Shown: one piece after another, positions 13,153-26,800 of the stretch
Layout of the letters: each line of letters opens with the position of its first letter
Numbering within the stretch: the first letter of the stretch is position 1
Assembly: GCF_006345805.1 (NCBI RefSeq)
Contig: NC_043011.1
Span: 17,744,464 to 17,808,463 of the forward strand
Length of the DNA stretch: 64,000 nt
From: Octopus sinensis
Lineage: Eukaryota
Direction: 5' to 3'
Program-made: the position numbers and the translations under genes
The notes under the pieces: model-generated
The model's database searches: none
The model's input: the letters and a program-made list of their open reading frames with translations, nothing else
Told to the model about the DNA's origin: nothing

Positions 13153-13528
13153 TTAGCACACCGGAGGAAATGTATAGCGGTATTTCGTCTGCCGCTAGGT
13201 TCTGAGTTCCAAATCCGCGGAGGTCGACTTTGCCTTTCATCCTTTCGGGGTCGAGCAAATAAGTTACGCGCTGGGGTCGATATAATCGACTTAATTCGTT
13301 TTTCTGTCCTTGTTTGTTCCCTCTGTGTTTAGCCCCTTGTGGGTAGTAAAGAAATAGCTATTTCGTCTGCTGTTACGTTCTGAGTTCGAATACCACCGGG
13401 GTCGAATTTGCTTGTCATCCTTTCGAAATAGAGAAATTAAGTAACGTTGAAACAGTGGGGTTGGTGTAATCGACTTACACACTCCCCTATAATTTCAAGC
13501 CCTCTGCTGATAGTAGAAAGGAATATTA
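13153..13528 (+). mobile_element. SINE family A, dimer
   Basis: gttctgagttc B-box-like core twice; junction aaagaaatag/ctatttcgtc at ~13357. Confidence 0.8.
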
Positions 13529-13534
13529 CGTTGA

Positions 13535-13973
13535 GCAAAAAGCTAATTGAATTTTTCTATAGGAGTGAAACGTATAAGCATGAATTTTATAGGAACGATT
13601 ACTTGAAATTGACACGGCATATTGTGTTAACTGATGCGCCCATTCCTTATTAGTTAGGGTTAGGGTTAGGGGTGAGGGAAGGGTATCTTTTTTTTTCGCA
13701 AATGTAAATAAACCCAATCTGTTTCTGAGGGACATATTCATACAGCACGGTATGTTTTGACTGCAAATGGACGTATTTGATTGGTTAAAAGCTCGATTTG
13801 ATTGCGGAAAAGCTCGATTTTAAAGTGGAAATATGTTACAACATATAGAATTGTCTCAATAAAGCCAAGAAAAAATGATGTTTTATAAACACATTCTACC
13901 AGTATACGAAGTTTAAAAGTGTTTAGTTAACTAGAAATTGTGTTGAAAACTGCCGTTCAAAAGGAAAAGATCC
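13535..13973 (-). mobile_element. MITE copy (same family as 32513-32932), left TIR lost, with internal (TTAGGG)-like run
   Basis: Ends gaaaactgccgttcaaaaggaaaagatcc and aligns in reverse to 32513-32932. ttagggttagggttagggg at ~13654-13672. Confidence 0.8.
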
Positions 13974-14049
13974 GCCCAAGGATTTAAGTATTGATTTAAA
14001 ATTTTGGCAGGACATCAATTTCGAGAAAGGAGATTTGTCTATTATTTGG

Positions 14050-14205
14050 CCCCCAGGACTCAACTGGAATTTATTTCATTGACTCCCGAAATGACGAAGT
14101 GCAAAATCGCCCTTGGAGGAATTTGAACTCAGAACATAAAGACGGTTGAAATACAGCTAAACATTTTGTTCGGCCTGCTTAACGATTCTGCTAGCTCACT
14201 GCTTT
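14050..14205 (-). mobile_element. SINE family A, degenerate
   Basis: ggaggaatttgaactcagaac...aacgattctgctagctca. Confidence 0.7.
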
Positions 14206-16159
14206 AAAGGATTTAGATATTAAGAATGCGAACGGATCGATTTCAGTGTTTAAAAACTGTACATTTGAAAATTGTGTATATATACAACAGACTTGTAGCT
14301 AAGAATCGAAACCTCGTTTCTATTTCTCTTGGAATTTACAATCAAGATTTATTTCAGTTTTCAGATATTTCCGCCATATTAGGCGAGGCAGGATATCAAT
14401 CAAGACAAACCCATTCAATTACCAATGACCTACATCGGTTTCAGGGCTAGTAAATAGATGAGAAACAAACTTTAAAAAAATAAATTCTCTTTCATTGTGT
14501 CATTGCAAACGACTCACATCTGTAATCAGATATTTAATTTTCAAACATACACACATGGAAATATACAGAGAAACATACATACAGACACATCCCCAATTCT
14601 TGGCAATTATATATTGTACTCGCTTGCTCCATACTTACAAGCACCTGGTTTAAAAGAAAATAAATACTAAGGCCAAGTCATTGGATTACAAATTCAATGA
14701 CTAAAAAATGCAATACTAATTAGTGTTGCTTTCTCTGAATGAAACAAGTAAAGGAAACAAAAATGACGCATATGCAGATATGTATAACCAATGGGAAGAA
14801 ATGCACTCAGTGCGTGTGTTAGTTATTGAACAGCCTGTAATAAATATATCTTAACATAAAACAACCATACTTAAGATGATACAAGAAAACAAATGCCTAA
14901 AATAAATATAGAAAGTATGGAGAATGAGTAACATCTGATTTCTAGTTATATTCTCCCCCTACCTGTTTGAAATCATCACATTGCAAGTATTGTCTCATCA
15001 TTTTGTATTGCTACATTTTATTAGGGGCCCCGCCTCCTATTCAATAATCATGAACGAAATATCTAGGTTAATTGCAGAAGTGTACAGATGACAGTGAATA
15101 TCTTACACACAAGATCCTAGCTTGAACAGGCACATTATTTTTTAATGTAATTGTATGTCTCATTATTTCTGAAGCAAATTAAATCACAATGATGTCTTAG
15201 TAGCAGGCCTTAATGAATTTGATCATATTTCCAGCCAGATGTAAATATATATAATCGAGTGCGTGATTTTGAATGCTTCATACAAACACACAAACACACG
15301 CACACTCACGCGCACGCAAAGACACACAAACAAACACACTTACACAGACACACAGAAAATGCACGCACACATATACACTTACATGGCTTACTGGTCACAT
15401 TTCTAAGAGTATGTTTCTAAGCTAGTGTTACAGCGTGACTGCATTCGAGAAATCCTTCATATTTTCATAAATACCCAATCATACGACGCTTCAAAATTTG
15501 TTTACAAAATATTCTCACATTCCAGAAGCTACTATTTAGCATTGTAAAAAAGACAGTACCGGTTGTCAGGGGTCTTTTAGATTCATGGTATAGAGCTCTG
15601 AGCTGTATTTTGTGAGGTCCATGTTTCGACTCTCTGTAGAGATTTGTTGGCCAGAATTTTCCCTGTTTTCTGATAATAATTGTATCAACAGGTGTCTTTC
15701 GACTGAGAACGATTCAAATTGAGCGAGCGTGTATGGAGTGAAAGCCTAAAGGCAGGAACACAAGACGCAGGCCATTCGGGCATTTTATAAGTGATGGGCG
15801 TTCAACAACCCTCACTACTCCGTCGTTGACAGAAAGTTTTAAAAAAGCAGCTAGTAGAAGGGATATATAGAGAGAAAGGGACAGAAAAAATAGATATAAG
15901 GAAAAGAAAAAGATCATCTGGGTTGGGAAGAAAGCTGTTTAACACATGTTCTGTATAATTCATTCATATTGAAAGGGAGAATATGAGGACTGCTTAAGTG
16001 CGGGTGGAGACACGAGAGCGAGGTAGGTAGCTATTGAACATCAGGGAAAATGGTAGAGGGGATGAATAGGGCAGTCGCATAACCCACCAGAGAAGGTGCC
16101 TACTGTAACGTTCATCACTGCTCACTTGTACATTTAAGATTTAACCAGAGACAGAAGGA

Positions 16160-16460
16160 GAAGCGTTAATCTGAATATAGCAAAAAATTAGCTTACTGTT
16201 TGAAGTGGTCTGCGAAAATGTGTTCTCGGTTGAAGAATTTTACGATGTCAACAAGTAATCTTCAAAATTATAGAATAAAGTGAAAGAGGGAAGGAGGGAG
16301 AGATGGAGCGTTTGAAGTTAATCTGAATCTAACGAAAAACTAGTTTACTGTTTGAATTGGTCTGTGAATGTGTGATTTCGGCTGAAGAATTTTACGATTT
16401 GAACAAATAAGTAATCTTCAAAAGTAGTGAATAAAGTGAGAGAGGGAGAGAGAAAGAGAC
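16160..16460. repeat. Tandem duplication of a ~150-bp unit (2 diverged copies)
   Basis: ttaatctgaat...tactgtttgaa...gaagaattttacgat...aagtaatcttcaaaa...gaataaagtga repeated. Confidence 0.75.
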
Positions 16461-16544
16461 CGAAAGACATAAAGAGTGGTAGTAAAAAGTTAGATAGATA
16501 GAGAGAGAGAGAGAGAAGGAAAGAGAGAGAGACCAACTATATGA

Positions 16545-16985
16545 AGTGTAGAATAGACAACACTACAGATAGCGACAAATGTAGAATGTTTGGTAAGAGG
16601 GGTAAAACGGTATGGTATATCGTTAGAGAATGCCCAAAATTGGTACAACGCGAATCGAATACAAAATACGCCATGAAAATGTGGCAAGGATGTAGATCAA
16701 TGTGAAAGAAGAAGAAAAAAAACTATGAGGATTTGCAGTGGGAAGTACGATGGTTGTAGTCAATGAAGAGAGTAGACGTGATACCAATAGTATTGATGCA
16801 TTTGGTTGTATCAACACTCAACTGCCAATATGACTGAAAAAGAACGGTGCAAGTGTGAAGGTAGAAGACCTACAAAAATCAGCATTGCTTGGAACTGCAT
16901 GAATTCTTCGCAGGCTTCTTGAAGCATGACCATTAAAAAGTGTCACCTTAGTCTGCTGGCTGTGAACAGCTAACACATGCGCTCA
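16545..16985 (+). mobile_element. R4/Dong-clade LINE 3' fragment (CCHC knuckle and RLE C-terminus, internally deleted)
   Basis: RIDNTTDSDKCRM...TVWYIVRECPKLVQRE...RHENVAR; KRVDVIPIV...LQKSALLGTA*ILRRLLEA*. Confidence 0.8.
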
Positions 16986-17156
16986 TAGGAATAATTACGC
17001 TGATAATTTTAGCCTGCATATCAAGACAAAAGGGCCCTTGCTACACTTGGAGTTCGGAGGACGCCAGGTACTAAGGCAGCTAAAATAAAGTTATAGTGAA
17101 AGGAAACCAGAAATGATGATGATGTTGATGATGATGATGATGATAATAATAATAAC

Positions 17157-17214
<58 letters not shown>

Positions 17215-17299
17215 TAATAATGATAATAATAATAATATTTAGTAATAATAAAACAATAATAATAATAACAATAATAATAATAACAATAATGAAGCTATG

Positions 17300-17820
17300 C
17301 AAACACTATGGAATAGCAACAGAAAATAGATGGTATTGGCACACCCCAGGAAACATCACAGAAAACCAGAAAGCAACCATACTCTGGGACATGCCAATAC
17401 ACAGACAGAGAGAAATAAAGGCCAATAGGCCAGATATAGTTGTCAGAGATAATGCTTTCTAATTGATGTTTCAATACCAATAGATGACAACGATTTTCTA
17501 AAAGAAATGGAGAAACTTTCAAAATGCAAAGACCTAGAAATAGAGGTAACTCGAATGTGGAATATAAAAGCAGAAACAATTCCTATCATAGTAGGCGCAT
17601 TAGGTATGATAAAAAAATATTCTGACAAATGCATAACAAAAGCACCAGGACTTACAAACACATATAACATACAGAAAATTGCACTACTGGGCACTGCACA
17701 CATTCTACGCAAACCACTTTCAATACAGTAACCATAAGTGCATCACAACAAACCACAGCACATACCCAAGGCAGACAGAGCTGTGCTCGGTAGTGAAGTG
17801 AAAGCACAATATAATAATAA
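17300..17820 (+). mobile_element. R4/Dong-clade LINE 3' end (restriction-like endonuclease) flanked by (AAT)n
   Basis: ATILWDMPIH...KANRPDIVV...CFLIDVSIP...KEMEKLSKCKDLEIEVTRMW...IPIIVGALG...QKIALLGTAHILRK; 3' UTR followed by (AAT)n. Confidence 0.9.
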
Positions 17821-17869
17821 AACTACTGACTAATAATAATAATAACAACAACAACAACAACAATAATAA

Positions 17870-18212
17870 TCAAGTGGCAGCTCTGGGAAGATCACCTGGT
17901 ACGAGAAAACTCCATAAAGTGTCACCGAAAATGAGAATTTTAAAATCCTGTGGAATGCAATGATCTAGTATGATCACCCGTCCAGCCACATGATAATGGA
18001 CATGGCATGCCCTGGTAACAACAGGATCAATGTGAACGAAGAAGTGGGAAATGAGATGGCAGCGATCAATGAAGCGAGTAGACGTGATACCAATAGTAAT
18101 TGATGCACTTGGAAGTAACAGCACTCAATTACCAACATGGCTGAAAAAGATTGTTACAAGTGTGGAACTGCCTCGGTGGTGCAGTGAAAGCACGTGATAA
18201 AATAAGAAAATG
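17870..18212 (+). mobile_element. R4/Dong-clade 3' fragment, chimeric or deleted
   Basis: WYEKTP*SVTENENFKILWNAMI...KRVDVIPIVIDALGS; tail gtgaaagcacg is shared with the 17300 copy; (AAT)n on both sides. Confidence 0.7.
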
Positions 18213-18306
<94 letters not shown>

Positions 18307-18310
<4 letters not shown>

Positions 18311-18488
18311 GCATTCACTAGTACAACACTAAGTACAAAACCAAATATATAGCACCCTAGGCATAACACCAACATGATCTTCCAACTTGTTGTCTCTTGA
18401 GGTCTCTGGGTGAGACTTGGAGCCAACTTATACAAATGCAAATCAAAAGTCAAACATAGAATAATAATAATAATAATGATAATATAAC

Positions 18489-18522
<34 letters not shown>

Positions 18523-18712
18523 TAATAATAAGGTTTTTAAGGCATTCACTAGTACAACACTAAGTACAAAACCACAAAACCAAATATATGGCACCAAGGC
18601 ATAACACCAACTTGAACTTCCAACTTGTTGTTTCTTGAGGTCTCTGGGTGAGACTTGGAGCCAACTCGTAAAAATGTAAAGCAAAAAGTCAAACGTAAAA
18701 CAATAATATTAA
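18307..18712 (+). mobile_element. Two copies of a ~150-185 bp LINE 3'-UTR-like segment separated by (AAT)n
   Basis: gcattcactagtacaacactaagtacaaaacc...gaggtctctgggtgagacttggagccaac...aaagtcaaac at 18307-18460 and 18540-18712, each followed by an AAT-type tail. Confidence 0.65.
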
Positions 18713-18715
18713 TAA

Positions 18716-19655
18716 ATGGAAAACATATATCTCGTTGCAAACAAGAAGCTATGGATCATAGGGCTAAAGGCAGAGAGTGAACGATTTATCTTGCCTGGTC
18801 AAGATCAGAGCTTACTGACCCGGAACCATCAAGCAAATGTGACGAAAAATGGTGGAGAGCCAAAGTGTCAATACTGCATGGATTTCAATGGGATTGAAAC
18901 AGTGGACCACCTAATCTCTGGATGTCAGGTTGTAAAACTTGCAGAGTACAACTCAGGATATGACAGAGTTGGCCAATATGTACATTGGATAATGAGTCGG
19001 CATTATAAAATAAAAAACTACTGACAAATGGTAGAAGCACCACACTGGATCTGTAATTGAGAGAGAAAATATAACGATTCTTTGGGATTTTGTAGTATGT
19101 ACAGTCCGGACCATCAATGCAAACAAACCAGATATTGTTATGAAAGACGATCACAATAACATATGTCTATTGACTGACATGAGCAAAACCTGTAATCATA
19201 ATATCTCGGCAAAAGAATTTGATAAGTTCAGAAAATACAAAGACTTGTTAATCGAAATCGGAAAGATGTGGCATCTCAAGACGGTAATAATACCAGTGGT
19301 TGTATGAGCACTTGGAATGATATAAAAGGAACTGAAAGTTTTTAAAGAATGATTCCAGGCTTACCATCAACGCAAGAGGTGCAGAAGATTGTCTTAACTG
19401 GTACGTCACACGTACTGAGAATATCATTATCTCTGAATTTTCTTTCCTTTCTTCCCATTTATTTTGTTTGTTTACATTTTTATTTTTGCCATTTTCTGCC
19501 TGTGTTTCTTCCCATTTTCCTGTATCAAACAACTGTGTAAATGAAGAATGGGGTGTGTTTCATTTAATGGCATACCAATGTATACAGTGCGTTTCTCTGC
19601 CGTAGGTGTCAGGAAGACACTCGGCAAGAAAACGAACCAGCACTGAAAGAAGATA
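18716..19655 (+). mobile_element. R4/Dong-clade LINE 3' portion (CCHC, RLE, 3' UTR)
   Basis: GLKAESERFILPGQDQSLLTRN...PKCQYC...ETVDHLISGC...YDRVGQYVHW; ILWDF...NKPDIV...FDKFRKYKDL..EIGKMW...VQKIVLTGTSHVLR. Confidence 0.9.
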
Positions 19656-19744
19656 ATAATAATAATGACAACAACAACAACAACAACAACAAAAACAACA
19701 TCCATCCATGAATTTATTTATTTATTAATTTTTAAATACATATT

Positions 19745-19865
19745 TTGTCTGTGAATTTACGTGTGTAATCTGGGAATACATACAATGAGGTTCTCTGCCC
19801 TAGGTGTATGGAAAAAACTCGGCGAGAAACGGAAGAAAATTTGAAGAAAGAAGAAAAAACATGAT
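19745..19865 (+). mobile_element. Additional 3'-UTR copy of the 18716 R4/Dong family, followed by (AAT)n
   Basis: tacaatgaggttctctgccctaggtgt...actcggcgagaaacgg parallels 19580-19645. Confidence 0.7.
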
Positions 19866-19936
19866 GATAATAATAATAATATAATAATAATAATAATATA
19901 ATAATAATAATAATAATGATAATAATAATAATAATG

Positions 19937-20003
<67 letters not shown>

Positions 20004-21949
20004 TGACATTACTTTCAGCATTTCTATACATAGTATAGGCTGTTAACATAATTTGATATTAAATTTTGCTAAACAACAGACGTTATACGGTAAGTGGATT
20101 GGCTCTCCTTAAAAAAAAATATAATCTTTATGAACACTGAATCTCACACACCTGTTTATAAACCTTCTCTCTATATACATAAGATTATGAACAATGCTAA
20201 ACGTTTTTCAAAATAGAAGAGATCATGCATTAATAGCCATTGATACTGATAAATACACTAAGTGCTGCTAAGTTTGTGAAGTACACTTATGAGATTATTG
20301 GAGAAACATTCTCATTTCTTTCTTAGTACATATCTTTGTTGAAGCTATTAAGCAATAATTTGGAAATTGCTATACACAAACGTTCAGATAAAACCTTGTT
20401 TGAAACACCTCTGATGAACTGCTTCACTTGATGAATATTCACCTCCAAAATAATTTAATATTTTAAGGAGCATACCGAACCGTGCAAACCAACTCTATAT
20501 ATCAAATTGTAGAAAACCAGCATAATGCAACATTATATTAAGTGATAAAAAATTAAAACTCATTAACATACACACTACATCTACTGGGCAATGGATAAGA
20601 AATATAAGAAACATAGAGCATATTGGTTTGCCATGCTGATATGAAATACCGGACAGGTTAAAGAGTATCCTGCAAAAGTGGTATATTAACACTATTATAA
20701 ATCGACAGGGAGTTGGACGAGCCACTAGAAGGAAAATAGCTTGCGCTATTTGTGTCGACAGTTCTTTTTTTTCTCTCATAATTTGAAAACTTAGAATACA
20801 GAGAGCGGTTGAAATCAACATTTACGTTTCATCATTCTGTTTTCAATAAATTATTAGTAGTAAATTCCCTTCTGTCCCATACTCTCGTTTCTTCCTTCCT
20901 TCTTTCTTTTTCTGTTTGTCTTTCTTTCATTCTCATCCACTCTTGAAGAAATTGGTTGTATTTTGTCAAAGAGTGAGTTGAACTCCTCACTAAAATCACG
21001 TGGAAGGATCATGATGTCGACTTTACGATTCCAACTCCAATCTGAATGTTCCAAAAATCAATGATATTTCAACTTGAAAAGAAAAAGACCATTCGAGTGT
21101 CCTCGCATACATTTACATTCAATCATGTCTAAACTTTTTTGCACTCTGTCAAGTTTTGGTTTTGTAGAAGAAACTTCTACTTCATATATTGTTACTTCAA
21201 CCTTATATGGCTGATTGAGCTAGCATAAGTTTCGATCTGTTCCTTGTGCAACCCAGTTAAGAAATTCACATTTAGTAAAAATTGTGTTAATATGCATATG
21301 GCCAGAGATTAAAATGGCAAAGTAGGTTGTAAGAAATGTAAGTTGTAAGAAATGACAGCTATGTGAGATCAAATGTGTCATGAGTAAGAAATCCCAAGAG
21401 CTAAATAAGGTCATGAAAAATATACACGATCAGACAAAGAATGAGGATTATAATACAAATGATAATTGTTCATCAGACATTGTAATACCCATACAAAATT
21501 AAATTAAACAATTAAATTTTTAAAAAATACCTGGCTGTATAAGATGATGAAATGTAATAAAAGAAAACAAAAAGGACTCATACAAATCTTAAATGTTGTA
21601 GGGATATGCTCCTTAGATGATTGATGAAGATGCTATGCCGACAGAATGATGGTCTTGATGTTCCCGGAGAGGCCAAGAGAACCAGAATATTTTTCAAGTA
21701 CAAGAGAAGAGAATAATCTAAGTTCCTTTGGTAAATGAAAAGAGAAAATTTGAGGGATTTTTGACAAGAAAAGCTGAGGTAATGAAAAATAGAAGATGCT
21801 CGGTGGCCTTACCAGATATCTATATAAATAGCAGCCAAATAAAATGCGAGCATATGTTAGAGAGGATGCCTGTGGAGCTTCATATCCCACTGAAGACTGT
21901 GGGCATGGCACATGTAAGAGAAGTTAGTTAACCTCAATTGATCGATTCG

Positions 21950-22331
21950 GTTTACTCTTACTCTCTTTTACTCTTTTACTTGTTTCAGTCATTTGACTGT
22001 GACCATGCTGGAGCACCGCCTTTAGTCGAGCAACTCGACCCCCAGGACTTATTCTTTGTAAGCCCAGTGCTTACTCTATCGGTCTCTTTTGCTGAACCGC
22101 TGAGTGACGGGGACATAAACACACCAGCATCGGTTGTCAAGCAAACATACACGCACACACATATATATATACATATATACGACGGGATTATTTCATTTTC
22201 CGTCTACCAAATCCACTCACAAGGCTTTGGTAGGCCCGAGGCTATAGTAGAAGACACTTGCCCAAGATGCCACGCACTGGGACTGAAGCTGGAACCATGT
22301 GGTTAGTAAGCAAGCTACTACCACACAGCCA
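21950..22331 (-). mobile_element. SINE family B, full-length
   Basis: Reverse complement has a tRNA-like head (ggctgtgtggtagtagcttg...ccacatggttccagcttcagtccc), core gggcaagtgtcttctactatagcc and an (aagagta)n tail. Confidence 0.88.
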
Positions 22332-23699
22332 GATTTTTTTATATCAATACTGAAGCAGTAATAGAATTTTCATTGTTCCTATTGTGCCATTTTTATATCT
22401 ATGTTTATTTAAAATGTTCTTATCTGTATGCTCTTAGAGTTTCCGGGGATATCGTAGGATACCTCTGAGATATGATATGTTGAAGGAATATATATCTTAG
22501 AAGCAACTGACATCAAATTTACAAATTTAGATTTCAGATTTTAAAGTAATCAGGCGCTGGCCATATTCAATTATCCCAAGTAATATAGTTAAGGTATATT
22601 CATATAAAACCCTTCTGCATATCATTAGAACATTTGGAATAAAAACACCCATTACACACAAATGTCTCATTGCTAATTTCTATGGTATAACCAGCAATTC
22701 AGCAGCAAATTTAAAGCAAAAACAGCCAAAAATTTATAACATTTAAATTCCCTAATTGTCTTTTGAAAACTTATCAAAAATATTAGTAGAATAATATTTA
22801 TTTTGTTAAATTCATCAACGCACTTTCTACTGTATCTCACTGTATAACACGAGCTTTGTTCTGTGTAGTAACTGTCATTTCCTATTTGTTTATCCTTAAA
22901 AAGCATGAAAAAGGGTTAATATTTCTTTCAAACCCCAAAAGAATCCCACTCAACTCATACCTGTAATGCTCCCACACTGCTCCTGTCCAAGATCAGAGAT
23001 ACACATATTGTCTGCGACTAACAGACGTGTTCAAGTCGTAAAGGTCAAGCAACTGACAAGCAAATATGTAGTATTGGGCAGAAAATTTGCTATAACCGTA
23101 TTTCTACTTCAGCAATTCGGTGCTGAATCTGTTTGAAATGTAATGGAAAATAAGTCAGTCTCAAAACCTTGTTGTCCAGTTCACCAAAGGGAATAGTACT
23201 CATTTCTTTTGATTTCTAAATAGAAGCAAATAGTAAATAACACTTTCTGACCAAAGGCCAAAAATGTAAATGAAACTTTTGTTACACGGTGTAATATCAT
23301 TAAAATCTTATTAGGTTATTTCGTAAACCAAACTATTCTAATTGCTTATGACTTGGTATTGTTACGAAATTTCTCTTTTTAAAGGAATAATTTTATTACA
23401 TTCTTCTCTTTGATATTTTTGAACCTAAAGAGATGGTTGAAATAGTCATGCTTGAATTTATCTTAACAGTATTTCCTTTCTCTACTAACAATGCATAAAG
23501 TGTATCAAATATAATTGCGGTTGTATTATTTATAGAACGATCATATTTATTTATTTCTAACATCTGTAAATTAATTGATGCCATTTGCAGATGCAAATAT
23601 AATAGGAACCTCATGCCAATTATATAATGCTGAAGCGATTACATATATTGTGGTAACCACATGCACAAGAAACACACCCTGAGGTAATCCGGAAATATT

Positions 23700-23850
23700 A
23701 TTTAATTACGGAAAGGTCAATATAAACAAGATATTTCAGTGAAGCATTTTCCTGGGAAGCATATGGAAAAGAGGTACGCAACACAATTGTGCAGTTATAT
23801 CTGGTCATTGAAAGAATATTGCGTAGATTTGAAACATCTCGTAGCATATC
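23700..23850 (+). mobile_element. Highly decayed Penelope-type GIY-YIG C-terminal fragment
   Basis: TERSI*TRY...KRYATQLCSYIWSLKEYCVDFETS resembles the TE..FKTRY...T.LS.YIW.LK pattern. Confidence 0.45.
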
Positions 23851-26800
23851 TTCAATAATCAAACTTCATTTTGAGGAATGTGCTTGAAAGCATTCATGTG
23901 TCTACTAATTGTTCGAGTGTTAAGACATCGAACATTTACAAAACGTTTACATTTTTTCACCGAAATCTAGAATTTCATATATATATATAATTATGCTGGC
24001 ATATATGTGCGATTCCCTATGAATTAATTTATAATTGTATGCGTTAATAATTTATTGGCTCTCATTACTAAACTAATTTTAGTACTACATTCTGAAGCTT
24101 ATTTATCAGGGGCGTTTTCTCTCTCTGTTACCAATCTATTCCCACTTTCATTTCTGTTTTCTTGCTGTTCTTTCTAGTTTCCAGTTTACTTTTGCTCGCT
24201 CTCTTTTCTCATCCTATTACTGTTTTCTTTTATATATTCTTTTTGTTTGAATTCGCTTGCCGAGGCTCTATAATCATCTTACTTTCATACAGCAACACTT
24301 TTACATAACTTAAAATGTTTGATCATCCTTAGATTAGCTATGTTGTTACTGAGATATAAATCATAAAGTTCAAAATGTATCTTTCTACGCCATCACAGCA
24401 CTGTACAAGCTCACACATAGTATATCCTTGCGTGTGTGTATGCACTTGTGTGTGCACATTTATGTTTGCTTGTTAATCTTTTGTTAAAGCATATCGTTGT
24501 AAAATCTTTTCCAAACTCACTTAATCTTATTTAAGTTCCCTTTATTTGATATTTTCACTGCAAAAAATAAAGTACACCTGACACTGGTTCTTTGGAAATA
24601 TGCAGTTCGTAACAATGTTTTTCAATGAATGGAAGATACCATAAAATTCTTATGTTGCAAATTTAAAAATTGCTGATATATTTTGCCTTCGCTTGATATA
24701 GAATAAAAAGCAAATGTTACGATTTCAAAAGTTAAGCCATTTTTATTTTACATATTGAAAGTAGAAATAGAATATAATTTAATGAATTATTAACTTTATT
24801 TTGGCTTCTGGAAGGTAATTATTAAGAAAGAATTAAGACGTTAAGGTCATTAATTGATGGTAGAATCTCATAAAGAGATGCCATACAAAATTGTTATAAA
24901 AACAAACCACAACTCAAGGAATTCTAAGAACTAAGTGAAGATTTCTTAGTATGTTGTGAGGCCTCCTTGTTTTCTCATTTATTTTTTGCTCGTTATCATA
25001 AATTAATAAAGTTCACTTAATATTGCTGTTCGGCAATATTTGCAAATTAATTTCATTGAAACTTATTTGTGGTCATGTATGTCAACTCTTTCCTTATTAA
25101 TTGCAAAAACTAATCAAGCAGATTTCTTATTGCTATGTGTGTGGCATAGTATATTTCTTTGTTAAGACAAATCTGCGTATCAAACGATGGCAGAAAACTA
25201 CCATTTCAAATTTAACCAAAGTAAACCAGAAATGTAACAAACACATAGTTGTTAAACGACCAACTGTAAACTAATATTTGTATACTAGGATAATGAGTAC
25301 AGTCTGAAATTAAGTTTAATAAACTTGATTATCAATTCAGTTTCTATGATTTCATTATATTTGGAAGCAAGCAACTTCTGAAATCTGACTTTTATTTTCG
25401 ACAGATATATGCATTAAAAAAAATAACGTTCACAAGATTTGCTATGTCTAGTTGAATTCCGGGTGAAGGTCTTCAAAAGTGCTATGGTAAGAGATAGATA
25501 AACTAAAATGCTTGAAAAGTGTTCATTCTTTGCCTTACCTTCTACGTTTTCCCTCACCTTCCTATGTGACAATAAATATTCATATAATCTTCTAAAGGAA
25601 ATTGAATTTAATTAGATTGCCTTCGCAGAAAAGACTGTCGCTTTGATAACGTTTCCCCACCACACCTAATTTTGGTAAATTATTTCTTCATTAAATGTGG
25701 GTAAATTCTTAAAGGTATGGGTATTTCAGAGTGTAGGGGCAGATTTTTTAAGTCTGATATTAAGAATCACTAACAAGTACGAAGTTTATAGCTTAGAGAA
25801 GATAATTTCGTTGTAAAACATCAAATCTGAGAACGGTTAGGGGCAAACTGTAGGGGATTTAAGAGATCGGGAAATATATGCCTGTGGGAATCTCTCTAAT
25901 TTTTTGACTATTATGTAAAATAGTAAAAATGATGTAACAAAATCGTGTTTGATAAGGATATGTGAAATAAAAGTATAGAATTGGATTGTAAGGCGATGAA
26001 GTATAAAAGCTTTGTAGTATGTAGTCCAAAAGTAAAGTGTTTCCTATTCCTGTACTGAGACCGTAAGCTTATACTATGAATTGTAGCTATTGTTCTCTTA
26101 ATTGTGGTACTCACAGGGAGAAAATATGTTTTCATCTGGAACTAGTTTGACACAGAAGTATCATTCATGACGATATAACCTCATATTTTAAAATAAACTT
26201 GCAAACCAGTGACGTCCACATCCAGTCGGAAACACCAGATGAACTTAAAAGATATCACTGAAACAGCTTCTGCAATTCCACACTCTAGAAATAACATGCA
26301 TATATCATCCAGAGTACAAGCTGGCAGATAAAAATAGTAGCAGCATGTTCACCAATTTAGAACTTAGTAAACTATTTCCTTCCCAAATAACACAAGACTA
26401 TATGCTTACGGGTGGAAAAATAAATGGACACGAGACCAATGGCAACAGAGGTAATAATGGAAACAAAGTTAAAACAAAGAAACAAAGGGAAATCAAAGTA
26501 ATTTGATGATACATTTGCCATTTTAGTGAAGCGTAGGTGTTGCTATTGCAAGTGAAATTGATGCATAAGAATGTTTTATATTTTTCTAAGATACAGAGAT
26601 AATGTCATATAGAAGCCAGGATAAAAGATATTTATTTATCTTCGCCTAACATATCCCGCATAAAGGACATTCTAATTTCTTTGCAAAATACTTTAAAGGT
26701 TGCATATTTCATGATCTATAAAATACATTTGGAGTTCAAAATTGGCTGAAAACTATGTCCGCTCCTCCCGACTTATCGGTGAAATGGCGTGTCTATTTAG

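Noticed and set aside
21640-21900. Possible CR1/L2-type LINE remnant
   Set aside because: Only vague similarity; no diagnostic motif could be read.
22961-23128. Candidate 168-bp minus-strand exon with good acceptor (tttcaaacag) and donor (gtatgag); one frame has FN3-like LPNTTYL
   Set aside because: All three frames contain stops and there are no supporting neighbouring exons. A non-coding or shorter exon cannot be excluded without RNA-seq.
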